Of a stretch of DNA of 64,000 nucleotides, positions 9,626 through 18,500 are shown one piece after another. The position numbers and the translations under genes were made by a program. The stretch covers positions 11,387 to 75,386 of the forward strand of contig JAXDLW010000015.1 in assembly GCA_034666405.1 (NCBI GenBank). Direction: 5' to 3'. Numbering within the stretch: position 1 is the stretch's first letter; each line of letters begins with the position of its first letter. The notes under the pieces are model-generated. The model saw nothing but the letters and a program-made list of their open reading frames with translations. It ran no database searches and was not told where the DNA came from. The stretch is from Chloroflexota bacterium (GTDB lineage: Bacteria; Chloroflexota; Dormibacteria; DASZGP01).

Positions 9626-11278
9626 ATGGTGCTCGCGGAGAAGCTCGTTCGATACCCGGCTGAGGTGGTCGCCGGCTATCGCCAGCGTGGCCTCTGGGGC
9701 GACCTGACGATCGGCGACGAACTGCGTGCAGTGGCCCGGCGATATGCCTCCCTCGAAGCGGTGGTGACGCCCGAGCGCCGGCTCTCCTACGCCGACTTGG
9801 ATGGCGAGAGTGAGGCGGTGGCGACCAGGCTCCACAGGCTCGGGCTCCGGGCCGGCGACGCGGTCATCCTCCAGGTCGGAAACACCGCCGAGAGCCTTGT
9901 CGCGTTTTACGGGCTGATCAAGTTGGGCGCTGTCCCCGTCTGCAGTCTCATCCCTTTCGGTCACCATGAGATCGACGCCATCGCGGGGATTGTCGACGCC
10001 CGTGCGCACCTGGTCCAGGCGGATATTCCTGAGCCTGACCTCGTCGCCTTCGCCCGTGAGGTGAAGGACGTGGTGCCGAGTATGGAGCTGATCCTGACCA
10101 TACGGGGAGGCGCTGACGGGGCGCACCGCATTGACGACGCCGAGCCGGCGCGCGCTTCTGCCGTTTATCCCGAGCCGGGAGCCGACGACGTCGCCGTCTT
10201 CCAGCTCTCTGGCGGCACCACGGGCACACCCAAGGTGATCCCCCGTTTCCACGCCGAGTACTGGTACTACGGCAGGGTTTCGGCGGCCCGTTTCGGCTAC
10301 GCCCCTGGGGACAGGGTGGGGCATTTCCTTCCGCTGGTTCACAACGCCGGGATCCATGCCGCTGTGTTCGCGGCGCATTCCGTGGGCGCGACGCTTGTGC
10401 TTGGTCCGACCTGGCGACCTGACCTGGTGCTCGGGCTGCTCGCCAGCGAGAAACTAACCCACCTCAACACCCTGACGAGCCTCATCCCCTCGGTCTGCGA
10501 CGACCCTGCATTCCCCGAGGCAGCCGCCAATTTGAAGCGGCTGAGCCTGGCGGTGCCGGCCGTGCCGCCGGAGCTGTTCGACCGCATCACCGGGCTCGGG
10601 CTTCAGGTCTGCCAGTTCTATGGCATGAGCGAGGGCTTCGCCTGCTCGATGCCGACAGATGCCCCCGTACAGATGCGCCGGGAGACCGTCGGGTACCCGC
10701 TGTCGCCCGAGGATGAGTTCACCATCCGTGACCCGGAGACAGGTGCCGACGTTGTGCACGGCGCGACGGGGGAGCTCTGCGTACGGGGCCCGTATACCCT
10801 CCGCGGCTACTACGGCGCGGAGGAGCACAACGCGCGAGCGTTCACCGACGACGGGTTCTATCGCACCGGCGACCTGGTGTCGTCAATCGAGATCGAGGGG
10901 CACCCGTGTTTCCGGATCGAGGGAAGGCACAAGGACCTGATCAGCCGAGGCGGTGAGAAGATCAACGCCCACGAGATCGAGGACCTGCTGGTCCAACTCC
11001 CAAATGTCCGCGAGGCAGCGCTGGTAGCCATGCCTGACTCGCGCCTTGGTGAGCGGCCCTGTGCCTTCGTGGTCACCGCGCCGGCCGACCCGCCTCTTTT
11101 GAGCGACGTCCGCGCGTTCCTGGCCGAGCGCGGCGTCGCCAAGTTCAAGTGGCCCGAAAGGATCGAGGCCATCGATGCGCTGCCGCTGACACCGGTGGGC
11201 AAGGTCGCCAAGGCGAAGCTCCGCGAGGAGATACGCCACCGCCTCCAGCTCGAAAGCACGCCGTCGTTCGGGAACTAA
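9626..11278 (+). CDS. Aryl-acid/acyl-AMP ligase (adenylate-forming enzyme, EntE/DhbE-like)
   Basis: Adenylation core motifs 'SGGTTGTPKV', 'YGMSEG', 'YRTGDL', 'GRHKDLISRGGEKI' and 'PVGKVAKAKLRE'. ATG at 9626 lies 10 nt after the monooxygenase stop. Confidence 0.85.
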   Translation: MVLAEKLVRYPAEVVAGYRQRGLWGDLTIGDELRAVARRYASLEAVVTPERRLSYADLDGESEAVATRLHRLGLRAGDAVILQVGNTAESLVAFYGLIKLGAVPVCSLIPFGHHEIDAIAGIVDARAHLVQADIPEPDLVAFAREVKDVVPSMELILTIRGGADGAHRIDDAEPARASAVYPEPGADDVAVFQLSGGTTGTPKVIPRFHAEYWYYGRVSAARFGYAPGDRVGHFLPLVHNAGIHAAVFAAHSVGATLVLGPTWRPDLVLGLLASEKLTHLNTLTSLIPSVCDDPAFPEAAANLKRLSLAVPAVPPELFDRITGLGLQVCQFYGMSEGFACSMPTDAPVQMRRETVGYPLSPEDEFTIRDPETGADVVHGATGELCVRGPYTLRGYYGAEEHNARAFTDDGFYRTGDLVSSIEIEGHPCFRIEGRHKDLISRGGEKINAHEIEDLLVQLPNVREAALVAMPDSRLGERPCAFVVTAPADPPLLSDVRAFLAERGVAKFKWPERIEAIDALPLTPVGKVAKAKLREEIRHRLQLESTPSFGN

Positions 11279-11290
11279 GGGGAGAACCAA

Positions 11291-12133
11291 ATGCGCATTG
11301 CCAATGTCGATGGTCGCACCGCGATCGTTCGGGACGGAATGTCCCTGGACGTGGAGCGGGCTTCGGCCGGAACCTTCTCATCCGACCCCATCGAGCTACT
11401 GGAGGACTGGGCGGCATTCACCGCGTGGGCCAAAGGTGGGGCTGACGGGGAGTGGCTTGCGCTCGAAACCGCTCGGCTGCGCGCCCCGGTCCCCGCTCCT
11501 CGTCAGGTGTTCGCACTGGCCGTCAATTACCGTGACCATGCGGCGGAGGCCGGGGCCACGGCGCCCGAGCACCCGTACGTTTTCACCAAGTTCCCAAGCT
11601 GCATCGTCGGCCCCACTGACGACGTCCGGCTGCCCAGCAACCGCGCGGATTGGGAGGTGGAGCTGGTCGTGGTGATCGGACAACCGGGCGAGCGCGTCCA
11701 GCGCACCGACGCCTGGGCACATGTCGCCGGGGTGACGATCGGCCAGGACATCTCGGAGCGCAGGGTGCAGTTCCGCAAGCCCTTCCCGCACCTCTCGGTG
11801 TCGAAGTCCTACCCAACCTTTGGGCCAACGGGCCCGTGGCTGGTGACGCCGGACGAACTGGCCAATCCGGACGACCTTGCAATCACGTGCGAGATCAATG
11901 GCGCCGAGATGCAGGCCAGCCGGACGAGCGAGCTGATCTTCGGTGTGCCGGAGCTCATCGAGGCCATATCGGCCAGCGTCACCCTGCTCCCCGGCGACCT
12001 CATTTTCACGGGTACGCCGGCGGGGGTTGGGTCGACCCGGGATCCGCGTATGTACCTGACGGATGGGGATCTGATCACCAGCGCGATCGAAGGGGTCGGC
12101 GAGATGAACAACCGATGTGTCCAGGCGAGCTGA
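11291..12133 (+). CDS. Fumarylacetoacetate hydrolase (FAH) family protein
   Basis: About 280 aa with FAH-family segments ('VFALAVNYRDHAAEAG', 'NRADWEVELVVVIG', 'LLPGDLIFTGTPAGVG'). RBS 'GGGGAGAA' precedes ATG 11291. Confidence 0.85.
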   Translation: MRIANVDGRTAIVRDGMSLDVERASAGTFSSDPIELLEDWAAFTAWAKGGADGEWLALETARLRAPVPAPRQVFALAVNYRDHAAEAGATAPEHPYVFTKFPSCIVGPTDDVRLPSNRADWEVELVVVIGQPGERVQRTDAWAHVAGVTIGQDISERRVQFRKPFPHLSVSKSYPTFGPTGPWLVTPDELANPDDLAITCEINGAEMQASRTSELIFGVPELIEAISASVTLLPGDLIFTGTPAGVGSTRDPRMYLTDGDLITSAIEGVGEMNNRCVQAS

Positions 12134-12887
12134 GTTGAGCAAACAGCACGTGACGACGAGGGCCCGTCGCACTCCCGCGCCGGTCGCTACACAGGGGAGC
12201 GGCCTGGGCCTGCGCCGCAACTTGGTCGAGGCAGACATCCTGGAGCGCAGCGCTGAATTGTTTGCCGCCCGCGGGTTCGCGGCTACCAGCATGCAGGACA
12301 TCGCGGGCGCGCTGGGCGTCAGCAGGCCGTCGCTCTACCACTACTTCGACAGCAAGGAGGCGATCATGCTGCGCCTCGTGGAAGGTTTGGCGGCCTCCAC
12401 CGAGGCGGCGATCGCCGGTGTGCTGAAGACTGACACTCCGCCCGACCGTAAGTTGCGAGCGCTTGTCACGGCGCTAATCGCGCCGATCGCAGAATCGCCC
12501 GGCCGTTTCCGGCTCCTGCTGACGTCCGATGCGAGCGTCGGCCTGAGTGGCACCGGGCGGCTGCGCAACCTCGAACGAGCTGTGGTCCGGTCGATCGCGT
12601 CGGTCATCGCCGACGGCGTTGAGGCCGGCCTGTTTCGGCGCGTTGATCAGCACGCAGCCACCTTCTCCGTGCTCGGGATGATCAACTGGATTGCCTGGTG
12701 GTACCCGGCCGGGAAAGCTCTGCCCATCGATGAGTTGTGCGTGACGATTGCTGACCTGGCACTGGCCAGCCTGCGCGCGAATGATGCGCATGGCGGCGGC
12801 GAGAGCCCGCACGAGATTCTTGCCGGAATTCGACGCGACCTGGGCCACCTCGAACGCGCGCTCGATGCGCCGGAAACGGGGAAGTGA
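12117..12887 (+). CDS. TetR-family transcriptional regulator
   Basis: N-terminal HTH 'AELFAARGFAATSMQDIAGALGVSRPSLYHYFDSKE'. The GTG start overlaps the FAH gene's stop, and the gene ends 4 nt before the P450 start. Confidence 0.8.
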   Translation: MSRRAELSKQHVTTRARRTPAPVATQGSGLGLRRNLVEADILERSAELFAARGFAATSMQDIAGALGVSRPSLYHYFDSKEAIMLRLVEGLAASTEAAIAGVLKTDTPPDRKLRALVTALIAPIAESPGRFRLLLTSDASVGLSGTGRLRNLERAVVRSIASVIADGVEAGLFRRVDQHAATFSVLGMINWIAWWYPAGKALPIDELCVTIADLALASLRANDAHGGGESPHEILAGIRRDLGHLERALDAPETGK

Positions 12888-12891
12888 GAGT

Positions 12892-14103
12892 ATGACCGCC
12901 GCCCAGATCCCAACCTATCCCGCGGACATATTCACAGACGAAGCCCTGCGAGATCCATACGAGCACTACAGCGCCCTCCGCGAGCTGGGCCCGGTGGTGT
13001 GGCTTGACGCCCACCAGATGTACGCCATCCCCCGCTACAGTGCCGCCCGCGCGGCGCTGGCTGACCCGGGCACTTACTGCAGCGGCCAGGGAGTCGCCCT
13101 GAACGATGTCTTCAATGGCCTGTCCGCAGGCCGCAACCTGATCGCGACGGACGCCGAAGTGCACGCGCATCTCCGCGACGTGCTGGGTAGAAACATCACC
13201 CCCAGGGCGCTCCGCCACATGGAGGACGCGGTCGAGAGCCTGGCCATCGACCTCGTCGCCGAGCTCGTGCGGAGAGGCAGCTTCGACGCAGTCTCGGAGC
13301 TGGCCCGCGCGCTGCCCCTGAAGGTGGTGCCCGACCTTGTCGGGTGGCCGCAGGACCGGCGGGAGCACCTGCTCGACTGGGCGAGCGCCACCTTTGACCT
13401 CCTCGGCCCGATGAACGATCGCGCACGCAGCGCGGTACCAGCGGCCCAGGAAATGCTCGGCTTCGCAGCCGAGATGGCCTCCACCGGCAACTTCCTGGAG
13501 GGAAGCGTGGGCATGGGCCTGATCGAGGCAGCCAGGCAGGGCGAGCTCAGGCCCGAGCAGGTGGCGCCGCTGATCATCGGCTACATGGCGCCCTCCCTGG
13601 ACACGACGATCAGCGCCATCGGCAACCTGGTCTGGCTCCTGGCCACCCATCCCGAGCAATGGCACAAGCTGCGGGCCGACCCCGCGCTTGTACCCAACGC
13701 GTTCGACGAGGCGTTGCGGATGGAGTCCCCGATTCGGGTGTTCAGTCGCGTCACCACTCGGGCGACCGTCCTCGAGGGTTCGGAAATCCCCGAGGGCGCT
13801 CGGCTGATGGTCCTCTACGGCGCGGCCAACCGCGACGAGAGGCGTTTCGAACGGCCGGACCATTTCATGGTGGACCGGCCCAATGCCCGCGACCATCTCG
13901 GGTTCGGATATGGAGTTCACGGCTGCGCGGGCCAGGGTCTGGCGAGGATCGAGGCACAGGCCCTGCTGCGTGCGATGGTCGCCCAGGTCGAGCGGATCGA
14001 GTTGCTGGCGCCGCCCGAACGCAGCATGAACAACCTCATCCACGCCTGGGATCGACTCTCGGTGCGGGTCTACCCGGTTGACGCTCCGGTGCGGGCGCAA
14101 TGA
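12892..14103 (+). CDS. Cytochrome P450
   Basis: Heme-binding loop 'FGYGVHGCAGQGLARIE' (FxxGxHxCxG) and I-helix 'GYMAPSLDTT'. ATG 12892 is preceded by 'GGAAGTGAGAG'. Confidence 0.9.
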   Translation: MTAAQIPTYPADIFTDEALRDPYEHYSALRELGPVVWLDAHQMYAIPRYSAARAALADPGTYCSGQGVALNDVFNGLSAGRNLIATDAEVHAHLRDVLGRNITPRALRHMEDAVESLAIDLVAELVRRGSFDAVSELARALPLKVVPDLVGWPQDRREHLLDWASATFDLLGPMNDRARSAVPAAQEMLGFAAEMASTGNFLEGSVGMGLIEAARQGELRPEQVAPLIIGYMAPSLDTTISAIGNLVWLLATHPEQWHKLRADPALVPNAFDEALRMESPIRVFSRVTTRATVLEGSEIPEGARLMVLYGAANRDERRFERPDHFMVDRPNARDHLGFGYGVHGCAGQGLARIEAQALLRAMVAQVERIELLAPPERSMNNLIHAWDRLSVRVYPVDAPVRAQ

Positions 14104-14318
14104 TCCGGGTGATCGTCGACGTGAACCGCTGCGAGGGCCACGGCCGTTGCCAGGCAATTGCCCCAGCGGTCTTCGAGCTGGATCGCAATGCGGTCTCCAC
14201 CGTGCGGTTCGACCCCGTCCCCGATCAGTTCCGGGCGCAGGCCCTAGACGGCGTCGGGGCCTGCCCGGTTGCCGCACTCGCAGCTGTTGCCACCGAAGAA
14301 GGAGACGAGACCCGATGA
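14100..14318 (+). CDS. Ferredoxin, small Fe-S type (P450 redox partner)
   Basis: 72 aa with 'CEGHGRCQAIAP...ACP' cysteine spacing typical of 3Fe-4S ferredoxins. Its ATG overlaps the P450 stop (ATGA). Confidence 0.8.
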   Translation: MIRVIVDVNRCEGHGRCQAIAPAVFELDRNAVSTVRFDPVPDQFRAQALDGVGACPVAALAAVATEEGDETR

Positions 14319-15160
14319 GGATCGAGCACATCAGCCTGGGCGCAACCGACCTCGATGCCAGCGCGACGTGGTACCGGGACGTTCTCGGCCTCCGTGAGCG
14401 CGGCGGTTCAGGCGATTCCATCCTGTTCGGCTGTGGTGGCCACGAGGGCTACGACCTGGAGCTGCGACCAGGCAGGGGCATGCACCACCTCGCTTATCGC
14501 GCCGATTCAGCTTACGAGCTGACCCACCGGCGCGATGCCCTTAAGGCGGCTGGGCTGGCGACCACGGAGGTCGCGGACGGCATTGCCGTGCGGATGCCCA
14601 ATGGGACCGAGGTCCGGGTAATCGAGCGGGCCGAACCCGCCCACTACGTGCACGCGACGGAGTGGGCGGCAGCCGCGGTCGACTCTCCCAGGGAATTGGA
14701 CCACGTGACCCTTGCGGCCCGGGACGTCGACGCGAGTGTCGCTGCCGCGACCGCCGGGCTCGACCTGGCCATCAGTGATATCCAACGCGTCGACGGCAAG
14801 GACGTCGGTGTGTGGATGCGCGCCGGGGAACGCCACCATGACTATGCGGTGGTAAAGAACCGCGAGGATGGCCTGCACCATGTTGCCTATCAACTGGCGG
14901 ATGCCGCGGCGCTGGTCACCTTCGCAGATCGCCTGGTCCGGCTTGGCGGGCGGGCGGAGTACGGGATAGGCCGACACGGGCCCGGGTCCAACCTCTTCCT
15001 ATATATCCGGGATCCAAGCGGGAACCGGGTTGAGCTCTGCTGCGATATGGCGGTGGTGCCCCCAGGGGCGCCCCCCCGGGTCTGGGAGGGAAACGACGAC
15101 AGGTTCCTTGACGTCTGGTCTCCCTACCGACCTCCCACGAGCTTCTTCGAGGTCACCTGA
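14315..15160 (+). CDS. Two-domain VOC-family extradiol ring-cleavage dioxygenase
   Basis: About 280 aa with two glyoxalase/VOC modules ('MRIEHISLGATDLDAS...', 'LDHVTLAARDVDAS...'). Its ATG overlaps the ferredoxin stop (ATGA). The listed ORF from 14078 has a spurious N-terminus. Confidence 0.75.
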   Translation: MRIEHISLGATDLDASATWYRDVLGLRERGGSGDSILFGCGGHEGYDLELRPGRGMHHLAYRADSAYELTHRRDALKAAGLATTEVADGIAVRMPNGTEVRVIERAEPAHYVHATEWAAAAVDSPRELDHVTLAARDVDASVAAATAGLDLAISDIQRVDGKDVGVWMRAGERHHDYAVVKNREDGLHHVAYQLADAAALVTFADRLVRLGGRAEYGIGRHGPGSNLFLYIRDPSGNRVELCCDMAVVPPGAPPRVWEGNDDRFLDVWSPYRPPTSFFEVT

Positions 15161-15291
15161 GCGACCGCATGAACGACGTGAAAGCAGCCCAAGCCGTTGT
15201 CCTCGGTTTCGGACATGGGATCCATCGCTGTGATCGGCTCGAGGTCGAGTTTTCAAACATCGCCCCGCCTGTCGGGGCATAAGGAGGACAC

Positions 15292-16137
15292 ATGGCAAGA
15301 GAGGAACTGGCGTTGTCCGCAGGCGGGGTAAAGATCGCGGGTCGGGCGACTGCGATGCAAAACAAGGGTCCGCTCCTGGTGTGCCTGCATGGCGGGGGAT
15401 ACACCTCGCGATATTTCGATGTCCCCGGTTCGTCATTGCTGGACAGGGCCGAGGCACTTGGTATCTCCGCGGTTGCGTTGGACCGCCCCAACTACGGAGG
15501 CAGCGACGGACTGCGCGGAGCAGACGTCACCTTCAAGAAGAACGCCGAGGTACTTTCGTCGGCTGTCGGCGAGTTGTGGGAATCCCATGGCAAGGGGCAT
15601 TCAGGGGTGGTTCTCCTTGGCCACTCCATCGGTGGAGCGATCGCGATGATCATGTCGTCGCTGGCCCCCACTTGGCCGCTCACTGGACTGATCATCAGCG
15701 GGATAGGAGACGTGCTCCCCCCCGGCGTTTCCGAGGTCTGGCACTCGATGCCCCCTGGGCCCGTCACCCTTGCGCCAGAGCAGCGCGCCGGATTCATGTT
15801 CGGCCCAGAGGGCACGTACGAGCCAGACGCATTCGCGGCACACCTTGATTCCACCAGCGACGTGCCCCTCGAGGAACTACTGGAGGTCGTCGATCTGTGG
15901 CCGGGAGAGGCCAAGGCCGTGGCCGCGAAGGTCAAGGTTCCCGTGTACTACGGAGTCGCCGAGTACGAGAAGCTGTGGATCATCGACCAGAAATCGGAGC
16001 AGGAGTTCGCAGCCGCATTCACGGATGCGCCCTACGTGGAATCGCACGTCGTGCGAACCGCGGGTCATTGCCTCGATCACCACCGTGCCGGCGCTGGGTT
16101 CCAACTCCGCGAACTGGCCTTCGCGCTTGAGGTCTGA
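15292..16137 (+). CDS. Alpha/beta hydrolase (possible meta-cleavage-product hydrolase)
   Basis: Nucleophile elbow 'GHSIGG'. RBS AGGAGG lies 6 nt before ATG 15292. Confidence 0.8.
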   Translation: MAREELALSAGGVKIAGRATAMQNKGPLLVCLHGGGYTSRYFDVPGSSLLDRAEALGISAVALDRPNYGGSDGLRGADVTFKKNAEVLSSAVGELWESHGKGHSGVVLLGHSIGGAIAMIMSSLAPTWPLTGLIISGIGDVLPPGVSEVWHSMPPGPVTLAPEQRAGFMFGPEGTYEPDAFAAHLDSTSDVPLEELLEVVDLWPGEAKAVAAKVKVPVYYGVAEYEKLWIIDQKSEQEFAAAFTDAPYVESHVVRTAGHCLDHHRAGAGFQLRELAFALEV

Positions 16138-16334
16138 CTGGGCTTGAATGTAGTCCTGGTCTGATCCCACTCAACAACATCGACAGCGTCCGACGGAGAA
16201 GGGGACCTGTCCGATTGGCTCTCGGTCCGCGCGGTGGCCTTCACGTGCCTGGTCCATTAGGCCGATGCCCGTTGCTTGGGTTTCACGGGGCGACAGCGGC
16301 TCCAGATGGGTGTCTGTGGATCAGCCCGGACGAA

Positions 16335-16365
<31 letters not shown>

Positions 16366-16506
16366 ATTTTAGATACGGAAATGGGGCTTCCTTTACGTCA
16401 GTGCCAAGGCAGAAACCGGGGTCTCGGTCTGCGACGGGTCAGCCGGGATTTGATAGACCCTGGGTTCAGTCGGCGCAGCGTTCTTGCTGTGAGATCTTGT
16501 CTTACT

Positions 16507-16776
16507 GTGCGCCCATCTCACACGGTCACCATCTCGCTGCCTCCGGATCTCGCAGCTGAAGTCGATCGCCTTGCGGCGGCCGAGTATAGGACGCGCAGCG
16601 AGCTGATGCGGGAGGCTTTCAGGCGCCACCTCGCAAGCAACGCTCGGTGGGACCGGCTCTTTGACCTGGGCGCGCAGGTGGTGTCTGCACGCGGCCTGAA
16701 ATCTGAGCGAGAGATCGACAAGGCTTTTGATGCGGCGATGACCGAGGTCCGTCGCCGCCGGAAGACCGCAAGATAG
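16507..16776 (+). CDS. Ribbon-helix-helix (CopG/Arc-like) antitoxin
   Basis: 89 aa; 'TVTISLPPDLAAEVDRLAAAEYRTRSELMREAFRRHL' is a canonical RHH N-terminus. GTG at 16507. The listed ORF from 16276 runs through the tRNA fragment and is rejected. Confidence 0.7.
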   Translation: MRPSHTVTISLPPDLAAEVDRLAAAEYRTRSELMREAFRRHLASNARWDRLFDLGAQVVSARGLKSEREIDKAFDAAMTEVRRRRKTAR

Positions 16777-16805
16777 ACCGCGCAGTCCTTGACACGAACG
16801 TAATC

Positions 16806-17204
16806 GTGTCTGGGATTCTCTCGGCGGGTGGCGCCGCACGCGCTCTCCTGGACGAGGCAAGGCTAAACCGATTCAGTTTGGTTACGAGCGCAGTCCTGTT
16901 GGACGAACTGGAGGAGGTCCTGGAGAGGTTCTTTCCACGCATGGCGGCCGTAGAGGCGCGGGTCGCTTACGAAGAGCAGGCCGAGATGGTCACATCCAAG
17001 TCAGTCCCAGAGGTGGCCCTAGATCCTGACGATGACCACGTGATCGCCCCTGCGGTTGCCGGTCTCGCCGACTGGAGCCTGAGGTGTTCGGGCTCGGAAG
17101 GGCGATGGGCGTTGCCTGTTGAGCTGACCGGTGGGGCAAGTTCTATCCCTTTCGTCCGACGGGAGCCTCCCACGCTCGTGTCCTCGGGGAAGGAATTCGT
17201 CTAG
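16806..17204 (+). CDS. PIN-family toxin (TIGR00305-like putative TA toxin component)
   Basis: 'SGILSAGGAARALLDEARLNRFSLVTSAVLLDELEEVL' resembles PIN toxins. The conserved 'LDTNVIV' (with the catalytic Asp) is encoded in frame immediately upstream of the first canonical start (GTG 16806), so the true start is unclear. Confidence 0.55.
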   Translation: MSGILSAGGAARALLDEARLNRFSLVTSAVLLDELEEVLERFFPRMAAVEARVAYEEQAEMVTSKSVPEVALDPDDDHVIAPAVAGLADWSLRCSGSEGRWALPVELTGGASSIPFVRREPPTLVSSGKEFV

Positions 17205-18328
17205 TGGGCCCCGAAATGCTCCACCCCATGGCGCTGGAAGGGGACCCCGCATTGCTGAGCCATCCCGGCGACACGGCGGCGCGGCCACAGGGCGGCCATG
17301 ATCACATCGACCTGGCCCTGGCCGTGCTTGGGCACGATCCGCAGGGTTGGGACGCCGCTGGTTCCCTTGTCCCATAGGAGCGCTGAGGTCGCGTCGCGAG
17401 GCAGGCTGCATCCTTGGCCACGCAGCGCCTTCCCGTCAATGGACGTAACGCCGACCCAGTCCGGCGTGGCATAGAGCACCACCCTGAGCGCGTAACGCAC
17501 GATGCCTACGGCGGGCAAGAGGAGGAGCAGGCCAAGCCCGATCTCGCCCACACTGCCGAGATCGCGATGACTGAAGACCGCATCCCAAATGTAGCCCCCG
17601 CCCAAAATGGCAAAGAACAAGACCACGGCTCCGACGCGGATGAACGACGGGCGCAGCGTTACCTCGCTGAGGCTGAGGTCGTTGAATTCAGGTGGCGGCT
17701 GCGTGGCCAGATGGGCCATATGTTCGTCCCAGCTCGCATGGCTCTCCCTTTGTTCGGCTTCCAGTGCCGGGGACACGACCCACATCAGTGGGGTCATGAT
17801 CAACCCGACGACACCCAGGCCTATCGCCAGGAAGCGGTTGAAAGCGGCCTGGTGGTCCAAGCCGTCCTGGGTCTGCATGACCTGATCGCCGCTTCTCAGC
17901 TCGACGACGCTGCCCTTCCAAAGCACAGCGGTCACGGCGTCACCATCGGACAGACTGCTGATGAACGGCGAGTCGACGAAGAGGCCCTCCAGGAAGGTCT
18001 GTCCTCCATCTGTGAGATCTACGTGACGGGTCGCCCCGCTCGCAGGATCCTTGAAGCTGACATGGGCCCACCAGGTCGCAGCCGACCCGTGGTTCCCAGA
18101 CGACTTGCTGGTCGAGTCGACCGTCGCCTGGGCCTCCTCCTGGCAGGAAAGCAGGCGGTCCGCGCGAGTGCACGTGGTAGAGGCGTGGTAGCTGGTGGCC
18201 TCGCCGGCCAGTCCAACCGCCCGGTAGGCGAAGTACCCGGCGGGCAGGCCGAAGAGCGCAGCGAAGAACAGCGCCGTTGACAAGCGGTCGAACCTCGCTC
18301 GGGATCTGCTGGGCGTCGACTTGGACAC
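17201..18328 (-). CDS. Hypothetical membrane protein
   Basis: 375-aa ORF with hydrophobic segments ('LSTALFFAALFGLPAGYFAY', 'LAIGLGVVGLIMTPLMWVV', 'VGAVVLFFAILGGGYIW', 'IGLGLLLLLPAVGIV'). Convergent with the PIN gene, overlapping by 4 nt. Confidence 0.5.
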   Translation of the reverse strand: MSKSTPSRSRARFDRLSTALFFAALFGLPAGYFAYRAVGLAGEATSYHASTTCTRADRLLSCQEEAQATVDSTSKSSGNHGSAATWWAHVSFKDPASGATRHVDLTDGGQTFLEGLFVDSPFISSLSDGDAVTAVLWKGSVVELRSGDQVMQTQDGLDHQAAFNRFLAIGLGVVGLIMTPLMWVVSPALEAEQRESHASWDEHMAHLATQPPPEFNDLSLSEVTLRPSFIRVGAVVLFFAILGGGYIWDAVFSHRDLGSVGEIGLGLLLLLPAVGIVRYALRVVLYATPDWVGVTSIDGKALRGQGCSLPRDATSALLWDKGTSGVPTLRIVPKHGQGQVDVIMAALWPRRRVAGMAQQCGVPFQRHGVEHFGAH

Positions 18329-18500
18329 TGGCCCGCCTCCGCTGTGTGGGTCTCATCCGCACAATACGCCGGCTGCGGGTGTTCTCTATGTCAAACCGCC
18401 TTGTACGGGTCTGAGATCTCGGCCGCATCTTGAACGAACACATCCATGAAAGGCCCCCAACGAACGACGTCCAAAAGGGATTGGAGTTGCCCGAGACTTC

